Shown one piece after another: positions 11,961 to 24,440 of a stretch of DNA of 64,000 bases. A model generated the notes under the pieces. That model worked only from the letters and a program-made list of their open reading frames with translations, was not told the origin of the DNA and did no database searches. Numbering within the stretch: the stretch's first letter is position 1; each line of letters starts with the position of its first letter. A program made the position numbers and the translations under genes. This DNA is from Hydrolagus colliei. Its lineage: Eukaryota. The DNA is taken from contig CM068748.1 of assembly GCA_035084275.1 (NCBI GenBank), forward strand, positions 3,348,001 to 3,412,000. The letters run 5' to 3'.

Positions 11961-13205
11961 CCAGTTACATATTGCTATCACTGATTACATATAAAATGGT
12001 CCAATTGGTAAAAAGTGTCCTGCAACAATTTGAGGAAGGGTTTGCATTTTCTTTAATTCTACCCTGCAATTACTGCATATCTTAAGGTCATCCACTATTA
12101 AAATTAACGTGACAGGCTCCAATTATCAATGTGCCACTAGCTTGTCAGAAATGTTGTGCATCTAACATAATTATTATGCTTTGAGAATAAAAATAAAGCA
12201 AGTGGTAAACCTTTGCCACATTCAATTTAATCATTCTTACATTCATTCATTCAACATTTTCAAGGTTGTACACAAAACTCATGGAACATGCTTCCCAAAC
12301 ATGTTCAAGTGAAGAGTGTTCAATTAATTAAACCTAAAAGCAGTTGGGGTGGAAGTAAAATGAGCAAAGAAATGTGGTCCGTGTGAAAGAAATTATGACA
12401 ATATGAATAAGATTGACTAGTTAATAGATTGCCTGTGACTGACATCTTTGGGAGGGAAGTGAGGCTTGATCATCAGTATATTACTTTCAATATGGATGAC
12501 GTCTTCAGATATTGTTTTCTAATCATTCCATTGCAGTCGAATTTAACAGATGTGATTGATTTTTAACCCAGGAGCAAAAGATGTTTAAATGTTGTTATAG
12601 CATTTTGTTCTATTATCTTTTTCCAGTGAGCTTTTCTACACTTTGGTAAAATACAATCAACTTCCTACACAGTTATCAATAAAGAGCAGAAACCAGTTCA
12701 ATTCAATGGGCAAGAGAAAATGAAATATATTTTAGCTCAGAGTTCCTTTTTAAAAATTATGACATTAAGCAATATTAAGCTTTTAGTCCTATGGCAGTAT
12801 TGTTACATGGAGTCCTGCAAATATTGCGAGCTTTGAGAAGTCAGTTTATGACACTGTGCTGTGGTCATTATCTACGTTTTGTTTCAAAGAGAAATCAAGG
12901 TGAAGGTGGCTAGTCCAGAAAAGGAAAGGTTAGTTAAGAAGCAAAGGTTAAGTGATGTGTTAAGTTTGGGTTTTCAAAGCCTTTGGATTGTAGGAAGAAT
13001 GAGGTGCCCAAAGTTGACCGATATCACAATGAAACAAATCTGATTCAAAACATTCATTCCATTGACGGAAAGAATGGTTCAATTGTGAACAGACTCCTCC
13101 GCTATAAATAGGCAGATTCATCCTGTTCTTATGTTCCTTTGCTCCATGTAGATGCAAATCACAGCCCAAATGATACACTGCAAAGCAAGAGTGTGTAACT
13201 CATAC

Positions 13206-13282
13206 CTGAGACCTGAACAAGTGCTGAGACTGACAGTGGATTGAGGATATCCCTGCACATGACCATGGTAGTAGCAGTGACC
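13206..13282 (-). CDS. ADAM12: ADAM12 coding exon (exon 5 equivalent), prodomain; GHCYYHGHVQGYPQSTVSLSTCSGL(R)
   Basis: 77 bp, acceptor ttcttttaag|GGT, donor CTCAG|gtatg. Canonical ADAM prodomain motif CYYHG...SLSTCSGL. Confidence 0.95.
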
Positions 13283-14384
13283 CTTAAAAGAAAATATTGT
13301 ATGATGTCAATTACACTTTTTCTCACAAGTGTCAGTCTTTCAAGCAATAACGTTGAATCCCATTCGGCAAATAAACTGCAAAATCACAAAAGGATTGCTG
13401 CAGACATAACAGGAGCTGCTATTCGGAGGAAGGGCTTCCTCCTGTAACAATATTCTGAATATCACCTGACAGTCAATGTTCACACATGAATACTAGCCAC
13501 TTAGGAAAGTTGTCAGAGAATGGCCTCTATTTTAGAAGGTAAAATAAAAGGTAAAAAGCCATATGCATCCCCTTTGTAGGTTGAGGTGTAATGAGGGAAG
13601 CTCTTGTCCTATTGTGGTCTACAATCTTTTTTCAGCCTGAAATGGAGGCAGTATCTTAGCACAGTATAATTATTACTTCAAAAAAGTAAAAGCTCAAACC
13701 AAATTAAAGCTCATCCCTGATAATGCACTTTTCACTAATACTATTAACTGCAGACTTACCTTCTTTACCATATCTCAGCGTGAGATTGCATGACATTTTG
13801 GTAAGCTAACAATGACCCACTGTTCAATCTATTTTCAGAGTCTCAGTTACAGCATTGCGTTTGCTATGAATCTACTTTGCTATAGGAGAGGACTTGCCTC
13901 TGAAATTGCAATGGGTTTATTCAATTCAGTCATTCACTTTTGCATTCCATTTCTCAATACAGTAGCATGGAAAATGCTCATCTCCCAAATCCTGTTATAT
14001 TTTAATTTTACACTTGAATCTACAGAAGTTAAAGAAAAAAGCAAGAAAATGCAAAGAATTTAAGTCCGTTGATTAGCGCTAATATTGGAATACGCTTCAC
14101 CAACTGTATAGATCTGCCAATGAAAGCAACAAACGTTGGATTCTGGCCAATCTAACAGACTGAAGAAAGAAGACTTAGCAGATCTCATTGAATGAATTCC
14201 ATGTAAAGGTCAGATCATTGCATTGGCATCTTTGGTTCCACTCCCACTCTTCACCAGATCACTTCTACATGACATTTTATTCAGCAAGATTTATAAAGAA
14301 CCTTTCTATGACAATGCAGTACTGAGCTCACATGGAAACAAAAGGCAGCCAGGGATGACCACAGTGAGAAACTATTGCTTATGG

Positions 14385-14690
14385 TGGGAGAATCCAGAAC
14401 AAGGGGCATAATCCTAAAATTAGAGCTACGCCATTTAGGAGTGAAATTACGATGCAGTTTTTCACCCAAAGGGTGATGGAAATCTGGATCCAGAACGTGG
14501 AAATCTCCCCCAAAAGGATGTGAATGCTGGACCCATTCACATTTTCAAGACGGAGGTGGATAGATATTTGTTAGGTCAGGGTATTAAAGGATATGGAGCA
14601 AGGGCAGGTAATCGAACTTGAGGTACAGATCAGCCGAGATCTTAATGATTGGTGGAATATGCTACTGAATTCTTCTCATATCCCCGATAT
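14385..14690 (+). mobile_element. Older CR1-type 3' fragment
   Basis: gagaatccagaacaaggggcat..tttttcacccaaagggtg..tgg..gatagatatttg..ggatatggag..gatcagcc: ESRTRGH/FFTQRV motifs plus a CR1-type 3' UTR. Confidence 0.75.
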
Positions 14691-15984
14691 TAAGAGATAC
14701 TTTCAGTTTTCTAGGAATAACTGTTGTCATTCTTCTAAGTCTATTGATATTTGTCAAAATCTCCATCTGTCTAAAGGCAACCATATCAATGAATAGTTGC
14801 AGTTTTAAAAATGATATACAGTATATATATATATTTATACCATATCCAGTGTTTCCATATAATTTTTCCCAACCATTGCAAAATACTCTACCCAATTCAT
14901 TTTGAAATAGAGTTCAAAAGCTTGACAGTAGATTCATGGAACAGTGAATTTACTTACTCTGCTGTCCAACATTCCCTTTAAACCACAATTATTTAAAATA
15001 TAGCCAATTTTCAACTGAGGGATTGTTGGCTAGGACACTGAGAAAAACTTCCTTAATATAATAATAATAGCTCACATTTATGTGATATCAAATGCAAGGA
15101 TTATTATCATGGTGATTCCGATTATTATTATTATTCTTATGCAGCACTTTCAAAATGAAAAAGATTAAGAATGGAGACCAGGAGATTGGACATGTTTAAA
15201 AAAAACTAAATGCTGTCATGGGAGGGCAGTATGGTGGGTATTCAGGAAACATGAGATCAAATGGGCGGAACACCCTTCTTGATCCAAACCTCTCTTCGAA
15301 TTAAATAGTTTTCATTCCAGATATCCTCTGTTCTAAGAGAAACTTTCTCTGTTTCAATTTTTAACTTTCATCCAAACCTCTCATGATCATGTGCAACCCA
15401 CCTTGAGGACCAGATCCTATTTAAGAGCCTCAGAAAAGTGAATTCTATGAGCAGTCGGAGTTGGGATTATTCCTTTTTTTGTTGTATGTTGGTGATTTAA
15501 AAGCAAAACGTGCTTACTGCACAGGCACGCAACAATTTCCATGTTTGGAAGGAATCTCAATTACGGACTGATTTAGAAGTTATTTTTCACAAAAATATTT
15601 ATTTCCTCAGTGTAGAAAACAGAGCGAGAGTTGGTCCCTTACTTAGACCTGGTCAACAATCCTTTACTTTAAATGGTCATGCACTTCATGATTCTTTGTT
15701 GGATGTTGATAATATGCTGGCCTAGAAAAACAGTCACTTCACCTAACAGAAATTAGCCTTGAAGTGCTTTGATATATTTAAATGTGATGAAATGCTATAA
15801 CTGTGGAAGTTACTTCTCTCCTTTGAAATCTAATTTGATTTCACTAGCTCAAATTTCTCCATTAAAAATAATGCTTGAAGTTCACTTTAGGAGGCATCTT
15901 ATCGCTCTTTATAGGATTTACTGTGAAGATTAGTGACTGAATTTGTAGGTGAAATATATCTTAGGATTTGTGGATGTTGGCAGT

Positions 15985-16280
15985 GTAACATTTAGTGCCC
16001 ATCCCACAAATTTTGCCCACAAATATCCAGTCAATTCACTTCACAATATATCATTAGAAGCACTTTGAGACGTCTAGCAGGCATAAAAAGCGCTATATCA
16101 AATGCAAGGATTATCAATATCCCTGGTTGCCCTAAGAGGGTGATGGTAGACTTCCTTTTTAAACTGCTGCAGGTTTTGTGGGGAATGTCCCCTCATGAAG
16201 GTGTTAAATTGGGAGTTCCAGGAAATTGATCTAGCGATAACAAGGGAACAACAATTTATGTCCAAGTTAGGATGGTGGGC
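15985..16280 (-). mobile_element. Old CR1-like 3' fragment with a SINE tail (16006-16118, + strand) inserted, TSD ATCCC
   Basis: tgcccATCCC|SINE tail|ATCCCtggttgccctaagagggtgatggt..aactgctgcag..gggagttccagga. ATCCC occurs at 16001-16005 and 16119-16123. Confidence 0.6.
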
Positions 16281-19200
16281 GCCACATTCTAAACTTACAT
16301 GCTAAGTCAGCTTCATTTTATGCCCTTTATGTTTAGTTGGAAGTGGTGTGGCATCGCTCCAGTGATACAGTAATTCAGAATGGGAAACCTGATTCATACT
16401 TACTTCTTCCAGATTTCTCTTGAGCCAGGGATTGAGGAGAACTCTAGAAAGGTATACCTTAACTTGTATGCACAGCACCGCTACCCAATGCAAGGCAGGG
16501 TTATCTTACAAACATTATTAAATAGTTGGAATGTGTTTGGCTCTCTAATGGTATTAAAAACTTGAAGACCAGTCAAGAGCTTTTCAAGAGGTACATTTGT
16601 TCCATTTGGCTGAACCATAACTGGATTTGTGTTGCATGTGATGGCTTCATGAACAGGACTCGAATTTGAATCAAGCTTTTCACTTGTGGAAAAACTTTTA
16701 GTCCATAGTTTTCCTATTAACTCTGTACTTTTAGTCCTGAGTTAATATGAAAACTGCATTGAAACTGACACCACACAAGTGGAACTTCACTACAGTGGCA
16801 TCTAAAATGCAATATTCTCAAATGGGATGTCTTGCATGAATTGCCACTTCCAGTTTAAGAAATTACCAGACTGAAAAATGCATGGTGAAAATGTGTAGCT
16901 GGTTAATGGTTGAATCCCACACTGGCTGATTCTAAAATAAAGGTAAAACCCCAGTGAATTCTCACAGGGTTCTCTGAACTTTGCCGACCGAAAATGCACT
17001 CTTCCTGAATTGGGAAAATCTGATTCCGCAAACTGGAAGTCACAGTTAATGCAAGAAAACAGGCAGGTGAGTCAGACCCCTTTTATGGGGAAACAAAATG
17101 GACAATCTGAAACCTCGAGTTCACTTTCGATTCAGGAGTTAAAAGTGGTAGAATTCTCCACTGGTATCGCATGGCAGGTCCCACCTGGTTCCAATTAGAA
17201 AATAGACCATTGAACTCCCCAGTGGGCAGGCTATGTGAAATCCCCAAGTGACCGTTCAATTTAAAGCCCGCCCTCATTGGCTCCTGGAGCTCAGACCACT
17301 GGTATGTGGGAGGAAATCACTAGCAGAAAATCAGGAAATGACTGTGAAAATGAGCACTATAAAAGAGACCCAAGCAGAAGTAACCAGCAGAGAGTCCTTA
17401 GAGGACAGATTGTTTTATGTAGAGTTGGGATTTGACCAGAAATGATCTTTTGGATTATATCTTGGAGAAATTAAAGTTTGAAACCTTAATTTTCTGCAAT
17501 TTTTTTTTTAACCTGCTGATAAAGTAATAAGTGGGGAATGGAATCCCTTTGAGGCCTGGAGTATTTTATTTTGCATGACATCCAAAACTAATATGAGATT
17601 CTAATTTCCTTTTTCTTTAGAGAGTAGTATAAATACACAGATGCTCCTTTGTTCTCATCCTGTGCTTGAATGTTCATTGTTATGCTTCAAGGAATTAATT
17701 TTAAGAAGAAAATAACACAAATATATTTGGAAGCTGTAACAACAGCGATGGCTAAGTGAAAGAGGTGGATAGGAGTAAAATGTTACTTGTATTTGCTCTT
17801 GATTTCCCCAATTCTTAAAATACCAAGTGCTTGATGCGAGAGAGACTGTGAGTAAAGATGGAAGGATTTTTCCCAGGAGAAAATCTGAAGAATCAAAGAT
17901 TGAACTAGCCTCTTTATCTCTTCTGTTCACCGATAATACAACTTGTCTCAAGATTATCTCTTATTATATGGCTTTTGGAGCTCCAATGACATGTCAAGTA
18001 TAAGTCCAAAGCTGGCAACTCTTGCCTGAAATGCAGAGGATTCCCTGGAGAAATTGTTGTTTATGTGGTGGGAGTTGGTGTCTGCTGGTGCCCACACAGA
18101 GTTCCTTGGGACACCTTTGGAACCAACTGGATGGATCACAATACTGTGTTCTGGTCTTGCAAATTCCAAGGTTAATGTTGCTGATCTAACCTTTCATGAG
18201 GAACCATCATTCACTTTGAGATGCAGATCAATCTGCTGAGCACTTGTATTTTTCTAGTTTAGTTACAAAATGGGGGATTGAGGGGAAGAAGCGAAAAATA
18301 CACTTTGCGGCACCACACATCAGTTGGAATCATTCTCAGTTTTAATTGTCCAACAGGACTGAGCAAATGATAGGCTTTGCTGATGTTATTTTATTGCACA
18401 ATGACAGGAAGATAGTGAACCAAGTAGTGAAATGGCCACATTGCTGTTGAGGTGAAGGTGATTTAAAAAAAAACTATTTTAGCAGTTTTGTCTTCTTCTT
18501 AAATTCTTCTTAGATTTGGTGGGAGATCAGTCACTCAACAGTTCTCAGAGGGCTGAGGGTCAGAGACCACTATACTAATGTAATGTTCTTTTGCTTTTCG
18601 CTTTCTTCTGGGCATGTCTCATTAGACCACCCCTGACCATGTGTTTTGAAAGTGCAGTATATCAGTGAGAGTCTCATGCTTTCAAGTGAAACTACTTCTT
18701 CCTTCTCTCAACTACCCTCCTGAGACCAGACACTATCAGCAAATTATCCACACTCCAGCAAGCTGTCACCAGCATTCTATATAAACCTGCCGCTTATGAA
18801 GCAAACCTGCAAGATCATCGCTGTGAAGTTTGAATATTGACCATTCGAAGAATGATTCACCATATGGTCAGATATGACCATAGGACTGACCAAAAACTAT
18901 TAAGGGCTCAGGCTTAACTGCCTTAACTGAAGCGGATAGAAATTCACTTTGATTTCATGTGTGCGAAACAGCTGCAGCGGGTTAAAATATTTATTGAAAG
19001 AACTTTTCAGATACCGAGCACAGCACTGATGTGTCAAACTAATACCGCCTGCATTGTTTTATATTTAAAAGGCCATGATATTCTAACCTTCAACTGGGAG
19101 TACACTTCTATGGGAACCCGTTGCCCTCAGTGAACTCGGCCAAGTGGTCCATTGGCAGTGTGTCTAAATGGTGATCCTTGTCAGGGTAATCAACTGGGAG

Positions 19201-19575
19201 AGAAGGTATCGCAGCCGAGGCCAATCCTGTTTACAGGAGTCAGTGGGTTTCTATTAACAGAGAAATCCCTGGTTAATTTTCCCCCTCCCTAACCCAAATG
19301 GCACAGGGCTTCCATGCAGCTCTCCAAACTGTTTCCGATCAGCTAACTCAACACAGAACTCAATTTGAACTTTCTTCGCATTCTAGTTAATGATATCACT
19401 GCCTGATATCTGTTCTTGATTTCCATTAAGCCAGTGTGGTCAATTTTACCCTTGATACATTTGTAATATTGGAGCATCGTGTAAAGATGTGTGGGGTAAG
19501 TGAACTGCAAGGTATTCCCTATTCAGATACCCTAGTGAGGGGTGGTTTTATTATTGGCAGTCACAGTAAGCTTAC

Positions 19576-19654
19576 CGTATGATTCTGTGTGTTTGTGACT
19601 GCACTGCCATCATGTAGATAATGTGTCTCTGTGTAGTTGGCAGCAAAAAGCACC
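19576..19654 (-). CDS. ADAM12: ADAM12 coding exon (equivalent to human exon 4), prodomain; (E)VLFAANYTETHYLHDGSAVTNTQNHT
   Basis: 79-bp exon, acceptor ttttttcag|G, donor ACG|gtaag. Translation matches the ADAM12 prodomain 'GLIASSFTETHYLQDG..NYT' as I recall it. Not in the ORF track; read manually. Confidence 0.92.
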
Positions 19655-19764
19655 CTGAAAAAAAATCAAAAAACAGATACTGTTAGAATCATCAGATAGT
19701 TTGGGGTCTTGGAACAACCTGGCAACAACAACAACAACAACAATTTACATTTATATAGCGCCTT

Positions 19765-22700
19765 TCACGTCGGGAGGACGTCCCAAGGCGCTAAACAAGA
19801 GGCGTGTGACCCGAGCTGGGAGGGGAGTGTTTGGGAAGGGGTGAAACACGAAGGGGAGGTAAAAGAGTTCGGGGTGGAACAAAAGGCACGATCGAAGAGG
19901 AAAGTCTTCAAATCGGCCTTGAAAGAGGAAAGGGAAGAGGTGAAACGGAGGGATTGAGGGATGGCATTCCATAGGGTGGGAGCGGAGAAACTGAAGGCCC
20001 GGCCTCCGATGGTGGGGTGGTTCGGGCGGGGAGCTTGGAGCAGGCCAAGTCCTGTTGAACGGAGGGTCCGGGTGGGCGTGTAGGGGAAGAGTAGATTGGC
20101 TAGGTAGGATGGGGCAAGGCCGTGTAAGGCCTTGTAGGTGAGGACGAGGATCTTAAACTCGATCCTCTGGAGGATGGGGAGCCAGTGGAGACGGGCGAGG
20201 GTGGGGGTTATGTGGTCACGGAGGCGGGTGCGGGATAATACACGGGCTGCAGAGTTTTGGATGGCCTGCAGCCTATGAATGGAGGAACTGGGGAGGCCGA
20301 CTAGGAGAGAGTTTCCGTAGTCCAGCCGTGAGGTGATGTACGAGTGCACGAGTGTTTCGGCAGCGCGGGGGGTAAGATAGTTGCGGAGCCTGGCAATGTT
20401 GCGCAGATGGAAATAGGCGGTGCCGGTCAAGGCGCGGATGTGGGGGAGGAAGGAAAGTTTTTGATCGAACATGATGCCGAGGTTCCTGATTGGCTTTGTG
20501 AGGTGGAGAGTACAGCCTTGGATGTTGAGGCTGGCAGCGCCCGATGTGCGGAGGCGCTGGCTTGAGCCAATCAGGAGGGCCTCGGTCTTACTCACGTTCA
20601 ATTGCAAAAAGTTGTCCCTCATCCACGATTCAATGTCGGACAGACATGCTGTCAGAACATCGATCGTCTGGGGGTTGAGGGATGAGGCAGAAAGGTACAG
20701 CTGGGTGTCATCCGCATACATGTGGAAATTTACCCCATGTTTGCGGATGACGTCGCCCAGAGGGAGCGTGTAAAGGGTGAAAAGAAGGGGACCAAGGACA
20801 GAGCCTTGAGGGACGCCGTGAGAAACTGTGCGGGGGTTTGAAGAAAAACCATTGGAAGAAACAAAATGTAAACGATGGGTCAAATAAGAGTGGAACCAGT
20901 CAAGGACTGTGCCTTGAAGGTTGAGGTGGGAGGAAAGACGTTGAAGGAGGATGGTGTGATCGACTGTGTCGAACGCAGCAGACAGGTCAAGGAGGACGAG
21001 GAGGCAGAGGGAACCCTGGTCACAGGCGGTTAGATGTCATTTGTGACCTTGACCAGGGCAGTTTCTGTGCTGTGGATAGGGCGGAAACCTGATTGGAGGG
21101 GTTCAAGAAGTGAATGAGTTGATAGGAAAGAGCGGAGCTGGGAGGCAACCACTCTTTCAAGGACCTTGGATAGAAACGGGAGGTTGGAGATGGGTCTATA
21201 ACTTAGAATCATAGAATCATAGAATTTTACGGCACAAAAGGAGGCCATTCGGCCCATCTAGTCTGTGCCGGCTCTTTGAAAAGAGCGATTCAATCCCACT
21301 GCCCTGCCCGCTCCCCATAGCCTAATAGACCCGTTCTCCCTAAATAAAGATCTAATTCCCTTTTAAAAGTTGTTATCGAATCAGCCTCCACCACCTTTTC
21401 AGGCAATGCATTCCAGATTCGAACAACTCGCTGAGTGAAAAAAATTCTCCTCAGCTCCCCTCTACTTCGCCTTGAAACTATTTTAAATCTGTGACCACGA
21501 GTCACAGATTCACCCACGAGTGGAAATAGTTTTTCTCTATTTGCCCTGTCGAAACCCCTCATGATCTTATAAACCTCTATTAGGTCTCCCCTCAATCTTC
21601 TCTGCTCCAGAGAGAATAACCCTAGCCTATCTAGCCTCTCCTCATAGCTGAAGTCCCTCAATCCTGGCACCATCCTAGTAAATCTTCGTTGTACCCTTTC
21701 CAATGCCTTCACATCCTTTCTGTAGTGTGGTGACCAGAATTGAACACAGTATTCCAGCTGAGGCCTCACCAAAGTCCTATAGAGGTTAGTCAGCACTTCC
21801 TGACTTTTGTACTCTATACCCCTATTTATAAAGCCTAGTATCCCATATGCCTTCTTAACAGCCTTGTCTACCTGTCCTGCCACCTTCAACGAGTCACTAA
21901 CACAAATCCCCAGGTCTCTCTGTTGGTTGCAGAGAAACTTGATGGTTGCGACGCATCAAGGGAGGGTTTCTTCAGGATAGGGGTGATGGTGGCTGTTTTA
22001 AGGGAGGTAGGGATGGTTCCTGAGGAGAGGGAAAGGTTAATGGTGTCAGAAATGAGTGGGGCTAACAAATGGAGCTGGGTGCGGAGGAGGGGGGTGGGGA
22101 TGGGGTCCAATGAGCACGTGGTGGGTTTCATGGAGGTGATTGTTTTTGTGATTGAAAGCGGGGTGGTGGGATTGAAAGTGTGAAATGGGGGTTGAGGTAG
22201 CTGATGAGGGCGCAGAGGTGGAGGAGTGGTGGGGGGAGGAAACCGCAGAGCGGATTTTCTCGATTTTGGATTCGAGGAAATCCAGCATCTCCTCACAACG
22301 AACGTTTGAGGAGAGGATCTGCGAGGTGAGGCGGGGGGGCGCGGAGGAGCTGGTTGGTGGTGGCGAAGAGGAGGCGGTGGTTGTCCTTCGCTTCCAGGAT
22401 TATCCTGGAGTAGAAGGCTGATTTGGCGGTGGCTAGGGCAGAGCGGTAATTTTTGATGCGGTCCAGCCAGATTTGCCGGTGGACCATGAGGCCAAATTTG
22501 AGCCAGGTGCGTTCAACTGCTCTCACTTGGCTTTTGAGGAAACGGAGGTGAGATGTGTACCACGGTGATGATCGGGAATGGGAGACGGTTTTGGAGGTGA
22601 GGGGGGCCAGGGTGTCAAGGGTAGTGGAGAGGGTGTTGTGGAGGGCGGTGGAGGCGGAGGATGGGTCTGTACAAAAATAATGCCATTGTGGGAGGAGGTC

Positions 22701-23781
22701 AGAGGTTTCTAGGGCAGAGGTGAAAGTTTGAGGGGGAATCTTCTTCCAGGGCCGGTAGAAGATGGTGGTGGGTTTGGAAGTGGAGGGGGGAGGGACAGAG
22801 GTGTTGCAGGAAATGAAAAAATTGTCAGAAATGGCCTTGTCTGTGATGGTGATGCCAGAGACGTTGAGGCCTCGGGTGATCACCAGATCGAGAGGATGGC
22901 CGTGAATGTGGGTGGCAGTGTTGATATGAAGGGAGAAGTTGAAAGACGAAAGTAAAGAGGAAAATTCAGAGGAAATGGGGCAGGAGGGGGTGAAATGGAG
23001 GTTGAAATCGCCAAGAATAATAAGGCGATCAGAGGAGGCACAAAGGGAAACTAAAAGTGAAGAAAAGTCTGAAATGAAAGTGGGGGAGGGTTTGGGGGGG
23101 GCGATAAACTAATAGGATTTTGAAAGAACTGTGGGAGGAGTGAGAAAGGGTGAGATGTTCAAAAGAGGGGAAGGAGCCGGAGGAATAGGGGGATAGGGCG
23201 AGGGATGACTTTGAGATGAGGGCCACACCACCGCCACGACGGTTGGGTCGAGGAGCATGGTGGAATGTGTAGTTGGGTGGTGTGGCTTCAATGAGGGGGA
23301 AAGTGTCGCCTGGGATGATCCAAGTCTCCGTCAGGGCCATGATGTCAACGTTCTCATCAAGGATGAGATCGTTGATGGCCAGGGTCTTGTTGCAGACAGA
23401 GCGGACATTTTGGAGACCGATGCGGAAAAAGCAGTTGGCCGAGGGGTGTGAGGGGGGGCTGGGATGGTCGGCGGGGAGGGTGGGGATCTGAATAAGGGAG
23501 GAGAGGTTGACCCCCCGGGTTTGTGTCCGGTGGGGCTGGCGGTGATGGTGGGGGACAGGGCACTTGGTGTGGCTGCTGTTGGACAGCCAACGCCGAGTGC
23601 CACGGTGAGCCCGACGGAGGATTCCAATACTGGAACAGAGGGAAGCGGTGGGAGGGTCGAGCAGGGACACTAGGCGAGGAGGACGAAGAGAGAGAAGGGT
23701 AGAGAAAAAATAACGGAGAGGGGGGGTTGGGGGGAAAAGCTTGAATAGGGGGAGGGAAGCTCGGGTCGTGGCGGCAGCCAT
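19765..23781 (-). pseudogene. Disrupted L2 ORF2 (endonuclease + reverse transcriptase)
   Basis: Split across ORFs 23029..23790, 22293..22883, 22046..22288/21886..22296, 21030..21257 and 19765..20883. 1-bp loss near 21030 (ATC-TAACC-GCC where the frame needs I-L-T-A). The endonuclease SDH motif reads SDN. Confidence 0.9.
21205..21935 (-). mobile_element. 5'-truncated CR1 LINE (731 bp) nested in the L2, with TSD AACTT
   Basis: ORF 21290..21889 has the CR1 C-terminus (LYRTLVRPQLEYCVQFWSP, LEQRRLRGDLIEVYK, TRGH, FFTQRVV..WN.LP). 3' end (ATTCTATG)n. AACTT occurs at 21200-21204 and 21936-21940. Confidence 0.95.
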
Positions 23782-24377
23782 ATTGCGCACGCGGGGGACC
23801 AGGAGCGAGGGTCAATGGGGCGGCATCATCCCAAGGGATATGAGGCCGCGGCTGGGGGATGCAGAGGCGTTGCGGTCTGAAGCCTGACCGGGGCTGCGGC
23901 CGAGGCTGGGGTTGTGGGTTTTAGGTCCGGTCGCCGTGCGTCCGTGCTATGGGTCGCCGCGTCGAGGCTAGAGCCGGGACCAGGGCCGTGAGTCTCGTGG
24001 CTGTGGGTCTTGGAGCTGGGGCTGTGTGTCGCGGGGCTGGTCTTGAAGCCGGGATTGTTTTTCACGAAGCCGTTGGTCGTGGGGCTGGTCTTGGAGCCAG
24101 GGCTGTGTGTTACGGAGCTGGAGCTGGGGGTGCGGGGATGTGGCTGTGGCTGTGTCTGGGTCTGGGGTCCTGGGACTGTGGCTGGAGCCGGGGCTGTGGG
24201 TCTCGGGGCTGGAGCCAAGTCTGTGGCTGTGGGTCTTGGGGCTGGGGATGGTGCCGGGGCTGCGGGTCGATGGGCTGCGGGTCGATGGGCTGTGGGTCAG
24301 GTCAGGTCGAGCAATCTCTGCCATATGCTCTTAATGCACAGAGACAGCTCTAGACCCGTGTGTTCCTCTCACGCCAA

Positions 24378-24440
24378 ACAACAACAACAAATTACATTTA
24401 TAGAGCGCCTTTCAAGTTGGGAGGACATCCCAAGGCGCTG
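24378..24440 (-). mobile_element. Older isolated L2 3' tail abutting the 5' end of the full-length L2
   Basis: (CAA)n attacatttatagagcgcctttca..gggaggacatcccaaggcgct. Confidence 0.85.

Larger units (their letters stand above)
19723..24377 (-). mobile_element. Near full-length L2-clade LINE, inactive (several frameshifts, CR1 insertion)
   Basis: AP endonuclease motifs (LQNVRS, ALTETW, RGGGVA, LGDFN, GHPLDL) in 22293-23790. RT motifs ([51 protein letters not shown]) and C-terminal LHWLP..RIEFK in 19765-21257. 3' tail ...gacgtgaaaggcgctatataaatgtaaa(TTG)n. Confidence 0.95.

Noticed and set aside
1173-19654. Alternative assignment to ADAM19, ADAM33 or a venom-type metalloprotease
   Set aside because: FYRPLNIR, NDMDKC, QGKDLEK and GVYFQGTTIGMAPIMSMCT, together with exon sizes 79/77/187/66/72/170/85, fit ADAM12 as I recall it. 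A phylogeny would be the formal test.
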